The notes under the pieces were generated by a model. It was not told where the DNA came from. It did no database searches and saw only the letters and a list, made by a program, of their open reading frames with translations. This document shows, one piece after another, positions 19,948 to 30,183 of a stretch of DNA of 64,000 bases. Source of the stretch: Halosimplex litoreum (lineage in GTDB: Archaea > Halobacteriota > Halobacteria > Halobacteriales > Haloarculaceae); NCBI RefSeq assembly GCF_016065055.1, contig NZ_CP065856.1, positions 989,836 through 1,053,835 on the forward strand, in the 5' to 3' direction. Each line of letters opens with the position of its first letter. Within the stretch, counting starts at the first letter, position 1. The position numbers and the translations under genes are program-made.

Positions 19948-20196
19948 ATGGCCGAGAGCGACGAAGGCGGCTACAACCGGAAGTGGGCGGCACTGGCGGT
20001 GTTGCCCTTCCTCCTGCTCGGACTGGCGGACGTGGTCCTCCTGCTCTGGTGGGGGATCAACCCGCTGTGGGGCTTCATGATCCTCCCGCCCATCCTCTTC
20101 ATGAGCGTGCTCGCCTGGATCGCCTTCCGCTCGGGCTTCGTCGGCGATCGCGTCGCCGACGACGAACCCGCGCCCGGGGACCTCGACTACGACTGA
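19948..20196 (+). CDS. small membrane protein (2 TM)
   Basis: 82 aa from MAESDEG; two hydrophobic helices then acidic tail. Confidence 0.4.
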   Translation: MAESDEGGYNRKWAALAVLPFLLLGLADVVLLLWWGINPLWGFMILPPILFMSVLAWIAFRSGFVGDRVADDEPAPGDLDYD

Positions 20197-20331
20197 CCGT
20201 CCCGATCCGCCGGCCGCCCGTTTCGGGCCGGCCGCGCGGCTTCGCCCGCGAGAACGATATCACGGTCGTCGGTAGGCGGTCGAAAGCGCCGCCGCTCGCA
20301 GAGCGAGCGTCGCCGGCCGAAGGCGGCCGGT

Positions 20332-20616
20332 CTACGCGAACAGGTCGTCGACGGCGCCGCGCGCGGCGAGGGCGGCGTCGTCGGCGACGCGGTCGGGGTC
20401 GCCCGACGCGTCGGGCGCGTTGAGATACACGTCGACCTCCAGGATCCCGTCCTCGAACGTGACGGTCACGTCGAGGTCGTCGACCGCCGACCGGTCGAAT
20501 CGCGAGAAGACGACGCGATCGGCGGCCTCGGCCGCGGTCTCGACGACTTCCTCGTCGGATGGGTCGTCGGACGCGGCGTCGGCGCCCCCGTCGGCCGCCG
20601 CGTCGTCGGTCGGCAT
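20332..20616 (-). CDS. small acidic protein co-transcribed with prefoldin beta (DUF3194-like)
   Basis: 94 aa, highly acidic; immediately downstream (1 nt gap) of pfdB on same strand. Confidence 0.4.
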   Translation of the reverse strand: MPTDDAAADGGADAASDDPSDEEVVETAAEAADRVVFSRFDRSAVDDLDVTVTFEDGILEVDVYLNAPDASGDPDRVADDAALAARGAVDDLFA

Positions 20617-21003
20617 CTACGCGCCGCCGGCGCCCGGACCGCCCGGACCGCCCATGCCGCCGCCCTGAAGCATGTTCTGGAGCTCCGTCTGGAGTTCCTC
20701 GAACTGCTCCTGGACGCGCTCTTCCTGCTTTTCCAGCGTCTCGACGCGCACTTCGAGGCTGTCGACCTTCTCGTCGAGGTCGTCGTTGGCCTCGTCGTAC
20801 TCGGTCTGGACGAGCAGCTCACCGACGCGGCGGTACATGCCCGCATCCTCGTCGATGTCCTCGAGCTCGTCGAGGGCCGTCTGGGCCTCCTGGAGCTGTG
20901 TCTCGGCCTGCTGTTTCTGCGCGGCGACCTGCTGGGCCTTCTCCTGCAGATCCTGCAGTTCCTCGAGTTTCTCCTGTGCTTCAGGCGGCAGATTACCCTG
21001 CAT
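20617..21003 (-). CDS. pfdB: prefoldin beta subunit
   Basis: 128 aa coiled-coil / beta hairpin / coiled-coil architecture with Gly-rich C-terminal tail. Confidence 0.8.
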   Translation of the reverse strand: MQGNLPPEAQEKLEELQDLQEKAQQVAAQKQQAETQLQEAQTALDELEDIDEDAGMYRRVGELLVQTEYDEANDDLDEKVDSLEVRVETLEKQEERVQEQFEELQTELQNMLQGGGMGGPGGPGAGGA

Positions 21004-21123
21004 ACATCTCCGTGGGTGACCCGTGGTGAAAAACCCCCGCTTTCCGGTCGGGCCGGGGTCGACCGCCGGCGCGGCCGACCCCCGCCCGACCGACCGTCGC
21101 CGGTCACCGCACCGGCGCGGCCG

Positions 21124-21528
21124 TCAGTTGCTTCGACCGTCGACTTCGGTGACGTGGTCGAGCCACTTCTCGACGGTCGGCTGGCCCCAGTAGCGGACCG
21201 TGTCCGAGCGGTCGTCGTAGTCGACGACGCCCGCCGCGTCGAGCCGCGGGAGATGTGTCTCCACGAGTTCGGTCGCGAACTCGTCGTGGCTGCGTCCACG
21301 GGGCTCCCCCAGTCCCACCGGCTCGCTGGCCGCGAGCAGCATCGCTAGTTCGTCCACCGTCGCCGTGCTCACGTCGCCCTCCATGAAGAACTGACACACC
21401 TCGCGGCGCCGCCAGTCCGAGAGCGCTTCGAACACCGTGTCGATGAACGGCCGATCCCCCTCCAGGTCGTCGACCGCAGGCTTCGTGCGACCGCGTCCTC
21501 CGTCAGTTGACCCGCTCCGTTCACTCAT
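21124..21528 (-). CDS. haloarchaeal wHTH protein (DUF7344-like)
   Basis: 134 aa; conserved pattern R.EVCQFF..E....TVDELA....HLPRLDAAGVVDYD; paralog at 43223..43624. Confidence 0.6.
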   Translation of the reverse strand: MSERSGSTDGGRGRTKPAVDDLEGDRPFIDTVFEALSDWRRREVCQFFMEGDVSTATVDELAMLLAASEPVGLGEPRGRSHDEFATELVETHLPRLDAAGVVDYDDRSDTVRYWGQPTVEKWLDHVTEVDGRSN

Positions 21529-21661
21529 ACCCGTCACCCTACTAATGCCCACTCTGCATAAAGAATATCCGCCCTAGAAGCCTAGGTCACCTGTCGTTCG
21601 GTTCACTTGTTGGTATAACTGTATGTATCCTGGGTTGACTGGTCGGTAGTCAGGGGCCCGG

Positions 21662-24347
21662 TCACTGGGAGTCGAACATCGCTTCGAGGACCCGGCGGTG
21701 TCCCTTGCGCAGGTGCTGGAGGAACGTCGTCGAAGCGATGTCGAGCGACTCGGCGAGCGTCTCGGAGTCCGCGTCGCGGGGCCACTCGTAGTAGCCGTTG
21801 TAGTAGGCGGTCTTGAGGACCGCCCGCTGGCGGTCGGTCAGCCTGGCGCCGACGTCACCGTGGCCTGGCCACCAGGGGGCATCGGTTCGGTGGCGCTCGC
21901 GTTTGGCGGCCAGGCTCACGTCGGGGAACCGCGCGTCCATCGCCTCGGTGACCCGCCGTACGTCCAGATCCGCCGGGGCCTCGACGAGCATGTGACCGAC
22001 GCCGTCCTCGACGATGCCGCGCTTGCCGCGCGCGCCGGCGTCGGCGAGGTACCGGAAGACGGAGTCGGTCAGCGTCATCTCGAGGTGTGGACCGTCCTCG
22101 TGGTCGAGTTCGCGGATGTCCTCGGCGTTGGACAGCTCGCGGGCGGCCGCCGCACCGACCGCCGGGTCGGCCCCCTCGACGGTGAGGTAGCTGACGACGC
22201 GGTCGTCGCCGGTCCGGACCGCGTGGTCGATCTCGAACCGGCAGTCGTGCTCGCGGCTGGCCGCGAACAGCGGCGTCTCGCCGCGGACCTCGAACTCCAG
22301 TTCGAGGACGGAGTCCGACTCGAGGAGCCGCCGGTACTGGGCCGCCGCCAGGGCGAAGCCGACCGCCTCGCCGAGCGTTTCGAAGCCCGACAGCTCCCGC
22401 TTGCTGAAGGCGTTCGGACGCTCGGCGTACACTGCGAGGAGGCCGTGAGTAGTCGACCCGTGACGGCACCGCGACCATCGACCCGAAGCCGCTCTCGACC
22501 GCGGCCTCGCGCCAGGGCTCGAAGACCGGGTCGCTCGTCACGTCGTGGACGACCTGCACCTCGCCGGTACGGTAGGCCTCCCCGGCCGGGCCGCCGCCCC
22601 GGTCGTCGGCCGCCACCGTGACCGTGATCTCCTCGAGGTAGTCGGCGGCGATCCCGGCCCAGTGGGTCGGCGTCACCTCCCGCCCGGAGGTCTCTCGCTG
22701 GCCGATCCAGGCGAACTCGTAGTACTCCGAGCCGGCCAGCCGCTCGCAGACGCTCTCCCTGATCGCCTCGCTGGTCGTCGCGCCCGTCAGCGCCCGGACG
22801 CTCTCCTGGACGAGCTCCTGGATCTCCGCGAGCGACTCCAGCTCGCCGCGCTGGCGCTCCAGCTCGGTGATATCCCGGGCGATACTGACGGTCCCCTGTA
22901 CCTCGTCGTCGGGGCCGTAATACGGCGCGAACGTCAACTGGACGGTCGTCTCGACCGGGTCGCCGGCCACCGTCTCCTCGACGACCCGGGCGCGTTCGGT
23001 GTCCAGCACCGCGCGGCGGTGGGATTCGAGACGCCCCGCGAACCGGTCGTCGAACACCGCCTCCGGTGTCGACCCGACGATCGAGTCCCGGTCGTCGTCC
23101 ATGGTCTCGACCATCGCCTCGTTGACGACCCGGTAGCGGCCGTCGACGTCCTGCATCGCGATCGGGTCGGCGCTGCTCTCGATGACCGCGCGCAGCTCCT
23201 GCTCGCGAGCCTGGAGCTGCGCCTCCCGTCGCGTGCGGTCGGTGATGTCGATGGCGACGGCGATCGCACCGGCCGGTGCCGCGTCGTCGGCGCCACCTCC
23301 CGCGAGCTCGGACTCCGAGAGCGGCTCGAAACACGCCTTGTACGTCCGGTCGTCGATCGTGGCCGTCGCCGCCGCCGTCTCCCCGTCGAGCGCCCGATGG
23401 AATCCGTCGACCAGGTCCGGACACACCGGCTCGAACGCGTCGACGGGCTCGCCGAGGAACTCAGACCGGTCGCAGACGAGCGCGTCGAAGTCCAGCCCCT
23501 GACAGTGGTCGATCCGACCCTCGGCGTCGACGACGACCATCATCACCGGCAGGTCCTCCACGATAGTCGAGAGCCGCTCGCGGTTGGCCGCCAGCGCCTC
23601 CCGGTGGCGCTCGCGCTCGGTCACGTCGCGGACGACGTTGACGACCGCGACCACTTCGCCGTCGCGCTCGATCGGCGCCAACCGGTTCTCGACGTACCCC
23701 ATCCCATCGTCGAGTCGGACGTGCGAGGTGATCGTGTGGCTTTCGACCTCGCCCGCGAACAGGTCACGCAGCGCCCGCATCCCCTCGTGGAAGATCTCCC
23801 CGTCGACGATCCCGTGCTCGCGCAGGCAATCCACGTCGTACCCCTCGACGCGCTCGGTCGGGATCCCGGTAAAGCGCTCGAACCCGTCGCTGGCCGCCCG
23901 GATCGTGTACGAGCGGTCGACGACGTACACCGCGTCGGCGGCGGCGTCGACGCTGGCTTCGTAGAGCGCCCGCTCCGTCTCGAAGGGGTCCGCGGAGCCC
24001 GACAGCGACACCACGACGGCCGTCACCGTTCCCTCGCGCTCGACCGGACGGACGGCGACTGTCACCTCCCGCCCGCTCGCCCGCAGCGGCCCGCGCCCGA
24101 TCGTCCGCGCACCCGTTTCGATCGCCCGCTCGAGAGGGTCGCTCGGGCAATCGACCACCGTCGCGATCGACGAGCCCCGTGGGTCCCCTTCGACCCGCCC
24201 GGCGAACGGCTCGTTCCAGACCTGGACGGTTCCGTCGAGGTCGCAGACGGCCGCCGGGTCCTCGACGGCGTCCAGCAGTTCGGCGACGACGGGGTCGGCC
24301 ACCGACTCGCGACCGTCCACTCGCTCGCTCACGCTGGCCCCACCCAC
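21662..24347 (-). pseudogene. Bat-like regulator (PAS-PAS-GAF-HTH_10), disrupted by a frameshift near 22450
   Basis: N-terminal 830-aa ORF carries PAS/PAC repeats and a GAF domain ending ..GFGSMVAVPSRVD. The downstream 256-aa ORF in another frame continues TTHGLLAVYAERPNAF and ends with an HTH_10 domain (LTDRQRAVLKTAYYNGYYEWPR). After the shift the upstream frame yields only Arg-rich nonsense. Confidence 0.7.
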
Positions 24348-24428
24348 CCGTGCTCGGTACCCATGGTTACTGGGAGTACGATACGCATCGAGCGGTATAA
24401 CTTGTGGGCCTGAGCCGGCTCGCCGGCA

Positions 24429-24680
24429 TCACTCCGCACCGCGAGCAGCGCCGCAGTCCTCGGCGACCGACACCAGCGACAGCCAGGTGTTACAGCCGGC
24501 CCGCAGCGCCACCAGGTCGGCGGCGCGCACCGTCACTGTTAGCGTCGCGCCGTCGCGTTCGAGGCTAGCGGTGGTGCGGTCGCCCTCGATGTCCCCGACT
24601 TCGACGGCGACGGCCCGCTCGACGCGGCGGGCGCGCTCGGCGTCGGGATAGTCACAGTCGAAAACGGCCTCGTGGTCCAC
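24429..24680 (-). CDS. pcc1: KEOPS complex subunit Pcc1-like
   Basis: 83 aa, pattern ..VERAVAVE..ASLERDGATLTVTVRAADLVALRAGCNTWLSLVSVAE typical of archaeal Pcc1; located next to rpoP-rpl37ae. Confidence 0.5.
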   Translation of the reverse strand: MDHEAVFDCDYPDAERARRVERAVAVEVGDIEGDRTTASLERDGATLTVTVRAADLVALRAGCNTWLSLVSVAEDCGAARGAE

Positions 24681-24689
24681 GGCTGCGCG

Positions 24690-24824
24690 CTACTTGACGT
24701 CGACTTCTTTGATGTCGCGGCTGCGCTCTTTCAGGAGCACGCGGTGGCCGCAGTACGGACAGCGGACGCCACCGTACTCGTCCAGTTCGACGTCGCGCTT
24801 ACAGCGGGAACACTTGTAGCTCAT
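24690..24824 (-). CDS. rpoP: DNA-directed RNA polymerase subunit P (Rpo12/RpoP)
   Basis: 44 aa [35 protein letters not shown]; zinc ribbon. Confidence 0.8.
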   Translation of the reverse strand: MSYKCSRCKRDVELDEYGGVRCPYCGHRVLLKERSRDIKEVDVK

Positions 24825-25099
24825 TCGTCGTCGTCGGCCAGCGCCGCGCGGATGGACCGGGTGACCGTCCGGCCGCCGGGGGTCGTCGGGCTGTACGCGC
24901 CACCGGTGAAGGTGTGACCGCAGTAGCCGCATTCCCAGATACCGGTTCCCTGGCGGTCGACGCGGTCCTCGCCGCAGCTCGGGCACTCGTGGTCGTCGTT
25001 CATCTCGCCCTCGATCTCGGCGACGCGGCGGCGGGCGACGCGGCCGTACCGCGCGCCGAACCGTCCCGCGCTCCCGGTTCGTCCCTGCTGTTCAGCCAT
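24821..25099 (-). CDS. rpl37ae: 50S ribosomal protein L37Ae (eL43)
   Basis: 92 aa with CPSCG..CGYCG zinc ribbon; stop overlaps rpoP start (ATGA). Confidence 0.85.
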   Translation of the reverse strand: MAEQQGRTGSAGRFGARYGRVARRRVAEIEGEMNDDHECPSCGEDRVDRQGTGIWECGYCGHTFTGGAYSPTTPGGRTVTRSIRAALADDDE

Positions 25100-25179
25100 A
25101 GTATCGTACCGTCCGGCAGTTGGCCGTATAAACCCTGCGAGTCGCGCTCGATTCGGCGGCGTCCGGCACCGCCCGCGCG

Positions 25180-25905
25180 TCAGTCCTGCAAGTCCGCTTC
25201 CCGCAGCGCCTCGTTCAGGTCCTCCCGGACCACTTCGCCGAGGTCGCGCTCGCGGGCCGTCGTCACGACGCGGTTCTCCTGGACGGAGGACCCGTCGCGG
25301 ATGAGCAAGCGGACGTTGCCGTTCTCGCCGGCGCGGGTGGCCTTCGCGCGGACGCCCGAGCGGGAGCCCGAGCCGCCGGCGTCGATGGGACCGGGGATGA
25401 TCTTCTTGACGTGGGGGTGACCGGCGACGGTCTGGATGGCGCGCTGGCCCGCCCGCCCGCCGACGAGCGTCGAGTGTGACCCGCCGATCTTCTCGCGGGG
25501 CGGCGTCTCGACGACCTCCAGCGGCGCCTCACCCCGCCGCGAGAGGACGGACTCGACGGGGTCCTCGTCGTCGCCGACCCGGTAGAAGTCGTGGTGTAGC
25601 TGGCCCCGCACCGCCCGCAGCACCTCTCGGTCGCCGGTCGCGTACACCTCCTCGGGGCGCTTGCGTCGCACCTCGTCGGCGACGAGGCCGGCGAAGTTCC
25701 GCAGTTCGATCACGCCCGTCTCCTCGCCGTCCTCGGGCGTGGTCGTCACCTCGCGGACGCCGGCGACCTCCTCGTCGGAGAGGGTCGTCACGCGGGCGCG
25801 GTCGCGGTCGAGTTCCAGCACGACGGCGTCGGCGTTGTCGGAGCGACAGACCAGGCAGTAGTCGCCCGGTCGCTCCAGCGACGAGCCACAGCGCCGACAC
25901 TCCAT
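25180..25905 (-). CDS. zinc-ribbon metal-binding protein (COG4031/DUF2103-like)
   Basis: 241 aa starting [22 protein letters not shown]; conserved [25 protein letters not shown] block. Confidence 0.5.
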   Translation of the reverse strand: MECRRCGSSLERPGDYCLVCRSDNADAVVLELDRDRARVTTLSDEEVAGVREVTTTPEDGEETGVIELRNFAGLVADEVRRKRPEEVYATGDREVLRAVRGQLHHDFYRVGDDEDPVESVLSRRGEAPLEVVETPPREKIGGSHSTLVGGRAGQRAIQTVAGHPHVKKIIPGPIDAGGSGSRSGVRAKATRAGENGNVRLLIRDGSSVQENRVVTTARERDLGEVVREDLNEALREADLQD

Positions 25906-25997
25906 GTATCCCCGATTTCCCGTCGAGCGGCAAAAGGAGCGCGGAAGCGTGGCTCTGTGCGGAGGTGTGACAGGCCGAAGGGTCGGCCGCGACGGAC

Positions 25998-27395
25998 TCA
26001 GAGGGCGTCGGGGTCGCACTTCAGGTACTCGCGCAACACGACCGTGGCGTAACTGCCCTTGGGCAGCGTGAACTCGAAGCCGAGCGCGTCGTCGTCGCCC
26101 CGAGCCACGGCCAGATCCGTCCGCACGAGGATCGCCCGTCGGGTCCCGGTCGACTCGAACTCGCCGGGGAGCTCGAAGTCCGCGGGCTCCAGATCCAGGG
26201 CGTCCAGCACGGCGCGCTCGATCTCGCCCATCTCGCCGTCGGCCAGTTCCGTCTCGGTGCCGACCAGCGGCGCGGTGACGAACGCCCGGCCCCGTTCGCA
26301 GTGGCGGCGGACCGTCGAGACCCGGTCCTCTGTCACGCGCTGGGTGCGGTCGGTGTCCGGCAGCGCGACGCCCTCGGGCGCCTCCGAATCGGCGAAACAC
26401 ACCACGTCGCCGGCGACGGGCTCGTGGAACGGGAGCCCCCGCTCCAGGCGCTCGGAGAGCATCCGGTTGAACGCGAACGACTGAGCGGCGTTGACGAACA
26501 GCCGCTGGAGATTGGAAGGGACCGCTTCGAGCGCTGCGCGGTAGTCCTCGTCGCCGAGGTCAACGTCACTGCGCTCGCCCCCGCCCCCTCGCTCCGCCTG
26601 GCGCTCGACGAGCCGATGACACATCGACCGCTCGAAACCCAGTCGCTTCGGCAGCCTATCGAGCGCCCCTGCCCAGTCTTCGGTCTCGTCGACGTACGCC
26701 CGGGCCTCACGCGTCGACTCGGGCTCGCGCTCGGCGGGGTTGCCGACGTAGGCCAGCACCGCGCCCTTCCAGTTTCCGCGGAGGATTTCGAGGCCGACCT
26801 CGTGGGTGACCGGGCGCTTGCTGCCGAAGCGCTGCTGGCCGAAGAAGTTGGGGACGCCGACGGTCACGGGGTCGTCGGCCGTGGTCGTGGCGTCCGACTC
26901 CTCGGATTCCGTCGCGTCGTCGCCGTTCGCGAACGCCCGCAGGTCCGCGGTGGTCGCGTCTGCGTGCTCGGCGGCGTCGGCTTCGACTCCCCGAACGGTG
27001 ATCCCGAAGGCGTTGCCCGCCAAGTCACCGAACAGGACGGGGCGACCGGTCCGGCCGAGCAGTTCGATATCTGCGTCGCGGATCTCGACCGCTCGCAGCT
27101 CCTCGGGGTCGGCCTTCTCGACGGAGAACAGCTGCGTCGTGACGGCGTGTTTGTCCTTCGTTCCCGCCCAGGAGACCCGTTCGCGGGAGATACCGAGGCG
27201 GTCTGAGAGTTCCGAGGCGAAGTCGTTGGTGTCCCAGCTCCGCAGCGTGACCCGCGCGAGCACGTTCGGGTAGGCGCCCGGGTCGGCGTCGAGCGGGTCG
27301 GGGTCGAACGCCTCGACCTCGGTGACTCGGAAGTCCTCGGGCGACTCGCGGAGGTGGCCGCCCACGCCGGGCGCGTCGCTGACGTAGTAGTCCAT
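25998..27395 (-). CDS. truD: tRNA pseudouridine(13) synthase TruD
   Basis: [11 protein letters not shown] catalytic-Asp motif, [10 protein letters not shown] motif; start at MDYYVSD (alternative MREAHPV at 27431). Confidence 0.8.
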   Translation of the reverse strand: MDYYVSDAPGVGGHLRESPEDFRVTEVEAFDPDPLDADPGAYPNVLARVTLRSWDTNDFASELSDRLGISRERVSWAGTKDKHAVTTQLFSVEKADPEELRAVEIRDADIELLGRTGRPVLFGDLAGNAFGITVRGVEADAAEHADATTADLRAFANGDDATESEESDATTTADDPVTVGVPNFFGQQRFGSKRPVTHEVGLEILRGNWKGAVLAYVGNPAEREPESTREARAYVDETEDWAGALDRLPKRLGFERSMCHRLVERQAERGGGGERSDVDLGDEDYRAALEAVPSNLQRLFVNAAQSFAFNRMLSERLERGLPFHEPVAGDVVCFADSEAPEGVALPDTDRTQRVTEDRVSTVRRHCERGRAFVTAPLVGTETELADGEMGEIERAVLDALDLEPADFELPGEFESTGTRRAILVRTDLAVARGDDDALGFEFTLPKGSYATVVLREYLKCDPDAL

Positions 27396-27496
27396 CCCGA
27401 CCGCCCGCTCGACGGGGTGTGCCTCGCGCATCTGTTGATCGTGTTCCGTCGTCGCGGTACCTGTATCTGCCTGATCGGAGCGACGAGTCGGCCGAA

Positions 27497-27551
27497 ACGG
27501 AACTCCGCCCGCGGCCGCGAACTCGACCGCAGCCGCGAACTCGACCGTAGC
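27497..27551 (+). repeat. 2.5 tandem copies of an 18-bp unit GCCGCGAACTCGACCG(C/T)A merging into the MITE left TIR
   Basis: ggccgcgaactcgaccgca gccgcgaactcgaccgta gccgcgaacagcg - the unit begins with the first 9 nt of the TIR. Confidence 0.5.
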
Positions 27552-27830
27552 CGCGAACAGCGTGAAAGCCCCCGCGCGCTGCGGTCGATGGCCTTGCTGC
27601 GCTCCTCGCTCGTTGCACTCACTGCGGTGCTCGCTGCGTCCGTCTTCCCGCAGCGCGCGGCCCCTTTCATTCCCACCCGTTCGGCTGATCGGACAGTCTA
27701 TGCGGGCGGGAATGAAAGGGGCGACCGTCTCGACGAACCCCGACGAAGCAAGCACTGGAGCGAGTGTAACGAGCGAAGCGCGCAGCGAGTCGCGGGAGTC
27801 GAGACGGTCGGGGCTTTCACGCTGTTTGCG
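27552..27830 (+). mobile_element. MITE-like palindromic element, copy 1 (~279 bp)
   Basis: 22-bp TIRs CGCGAACAGCGTGAAAGCCCCC / GGGGCTTTCACGCTGTTTGCG; central 19-bp stem CCCCTTTCATTCCCACCCG / CGGGCGGGAATGAAAGGGG; arms are inverted copies of each other; second copy at 51747..52020. Confidence 0.6.
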
Positions 27831-27946
27831 GTTCCAGTCCACTCCGCGGTCGTGGTCGAGTCACTCTCGGTTCGCTGGCGGTCGTGGACACTCCGCTCAC
27901 ACTCGGACGAAACGAACAGGTGGCCGGCGCCGAAACGAACGGACAG

Positions 27947-28744
27947 ATGCAGGTCACGCGAGCCGGCGTCGACGTCGAGACGCGCGCACCGACGGGCCAG
28001 ACGAACGTCTACGTGCTCGGCTCTGACCCGGCACTCATCGTCGACCCCGCCACACGGAGCGACGAACTCGACGCCCTCGCGGCCGAACGCGGTGTCGGTC
28101 ACGTCGCGGTCACGCACCACCACCCAGACCACGTCGGTGCGGTCGCCGACTACGCCGACGCCCACGACGCGACCGTCTGGGCGCGAACCGGCCGCGCGGA
28201 CGCCTTCGAGGCCGCGACAGGGGTCGGACCGGACCGGACGTTCGCCGAGGGGACGACGATCGAGACGGGTGACGGCGCAGTCCGCGTCGTCGACACGCCG
28301 GGACACGCGCCCGAACACGTCGCGTTCGCGGCCACCGATGGCGCCGAGTCGGTCCTCGTCGGCGGTGACCTCGCCGTCGCCGAGGGAAGCGTCGTCGTCG
28401 GCGCACCCGGGGGTGACGTGCGCGCCTATCTCACCTCGCTCCGGCGCGTCTACGCGCGCAGTCCCGACCGTCTCCTGCCTGGACACGGTCCGACGGTCGA
28501 AGGGGTGGCCGTCCGCGAGACCGCCGCGCGGCTGCTCGCCCACCGACTCGACCGGGAGCGCCGGATCCACGAGGCCGTCCGGGACGGCGCGGAGACCGTC
28601 CCGGACACCACGACCGCCGCCTACGAGACGGATCTCTCGGAGGTCCGCGACCTCGCCGAGGCGACCGTCCGCGCCCACCTCGAGAAGCTCGCGGTCGAGG
28701 GGTCGGTCCGGTGGGACGGCGAGCGAGCGGCGCCCGCGGAGTGA
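27947..28744 (+). CDS. MBL-fold metallo-hydrolase
   Basis: HHHPDH zinc-binding motif, downstream D and H ligands; start at MQVTRAG (alt 27884). Confidence 0.75.
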   Translation: MQVTRAGVDVETRAPTGQTNVYVLGSDPALIVDPATRSDELDALAAERGVGHVAVTHHHPDHVGAVADYADAHDATVWARTGRADAFEAATGVGPDRTFAEGTTIETGDGAVRVVDTPGHAPEHVAFAATDGAESVLVGGDLAVAEGSVVVGAPGGDVRAYLTSLRRVYARSPDRLLPGHGPTVEGVAVRETAARLLAHRLDRERRIHEAVRDGAETVPDTTTAAYETDLSEVRDLAEATVRAHLEKLAVEGSVRWDGERAAPAE

Positions 28745-28808
28745 GCGGACGGACTCGTCATCGGACCGCTCGCGACGCGTTTTTGCCCGTCGACCCGGTA
28801 ATCCGTCC

Positions 28809-29519
28809 ATGGAGAGTCTCGAAGCCGAGCGCGAGCGAGCCGAGGCGCTGGACGTGGCCGAGCTGGCCGACGCCATCGAGGCCATCGGCTTCGAGTGCAC
28901 CCGCTGTGGCGCCTGCTGCAAAGCGGTCGACGGCTGCGAAGGTGAAGACGCGGACGAAGAGAAGAGAGCGGATACTGGCGGCGAGGGTCACGACCACACC
29001 GCGACCGTCTTCCCCGACGAAGTGCGGGAGTTACAGGCGACCGAGGACTACGACTGGCGGGACGTGGCGCGACCGATGCCCTACGGACTCGTGGAGGGCG
29101 AAGATGGGCCCCAGGGCGAGACGTTCGAGTGGGCGCTCCAGACGGACGACTGCGGCGACTGCACGTTCTACGCGGAGGACGACGACGGCGTCGGCGCCTG
29201 CACGGTCCACGGCGACCGCCCGCTGGTCTGTCGGACCTACCCGTTCAGCGTCGCGCTGGGCGGGACGAGCCAGCCGATGGGTGAGGCCGTCGACGAGGAA
29301 GGGATGGTCCGCGCCCACGAGTGCGAGGGACTCGGTCGAGACATCTCTCGCGAGGAGGCCGAGGAACTGGCGCGGGCGCTCAAGGAGCGAGCGATCCGAG
29401 AACTGGACGAGGCGGTCGCGGTTCGGGACAGGTATCGGCCGGTCGAGCGGGACTCCGGCGAGGTAGTCGTCTTCGATTCGGAGGGCCCGAAGCGACCGGA
29501 CGGGTCACGGGTCGAGTGA
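28809..29519 (+). CDS. YkgJ/UPF0153-like putative Fe/Zn-chelating protein (CxxCGxCC)
   Basis: 236 aa from MESLEAER; ECTRCGACC motif plus extra Cys pairs (DDCGDC, GACTVHG, LVCRTYP). Confidence 0.55.
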   Translation: MESLEAERERAEALDVAELADAIEAIGFECTRCGACCKAVDGCEGEDADEEKRADTGGEGHDHTATVFPDEVRELQATEDYDWRDVARPMPYGLVEGEDGPQGETFEWALQTDDCGDCTFYAEDDDGVGACTVHGDRPLVCRTYPFSVALGGTSQPMGEAVDEEGMVRAHECEGLGRDISREEAEELARALKERAIRELDEAVAVRDRYRPVERDSGEVVVFDSEGPKRPDGSRVE

Positions 29520-29599
29520 GCGCGAGATCGCTCCGAACCGGGCTCCGAACAGCCTTTCTCGGGGATCGGGCTGGCATACTTTCATAAAACAGGGGGTCT

Positions 29600-30019
29600 A
29601 TGACCCACTCGGAGGTCTACATCGTGGAAATCTCAGATAAGCTGCTGTGTCTGTTCAGTGCGGACGTGTCGGACGACGGCGACCGGTACGTCGTAGAGGT
29701 GCCGAAACGGGAGATCGAGACGGGTGGGGTCGAGCCGGGGGAGACCTACCGCGTCGCGCTCATCTCCTCGGAGGTGGACCGAACCGAAGACACGGACGAG
29801 GACGACGTCCCCTCGGAACCCCAGCCGCCGGTCGAGCCCGGCGAGATCCGCTACGTCGAGATCGAGGACATCGGCAAACAGGGCGACGGCATCGCGCGCG
29901 TCGAGCGCGGGTACGTCATCATCGTCCCCGGTGCCGACGTGGGCGAGCGCGTCAAGGTCGAAGTCACCGAAGTCAAGTCCAACTTCGCCGTCGGCGAGAT
30001 CATCGACGAAGACCTGTGA
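29600..30019 (+). CDS. TRAM domain protein
   Basis: C-terminal TRAM beta-barrel signature IEDIGKQGDGIARVERGYVIIVPGADVGERVKVEVTEVKSNFAVGEII. Confidence 0.7.
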   Translation: MTHSEVYIVEISDKLLCLFSADVSDDGDRYVVEVPKREIETGGVEPGETYRVALISSEVDRTEDTDEDDVPSEPQPPVEPGEIRYVEIEDIGKQGDGIARVERGYVIIVPGADVGERVKVEVTEVKSNFAVGEIIDEDL

Positions 30020-30183
30020 GTTCTCCGGGGGCCACCCGCCCTCTCGCATCCCGCCGCGACAGCGACGGCCGTCGCGACCCCGACGCTGGTACGGCCGGTT
30101 AACCAACGGCACCAACTACCCCACAGCGGCGCGCCGTAGGCCCACGTTACGACCACACATGAGCGGGGTAATCGCAAGAAGGG

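Noticed and set aside
27354-29519. 721-aa ORF spanning MITE, MBL hydrolase and YkgJ-like gene
   Set aside because: This is a composite read-through. The N-terminal 190 codons translate the MITE. The MBL hydrolase is in a different frame (27947..28744). Only the last 236 codons (from MESLEAER at 28809) form a coherent protein.
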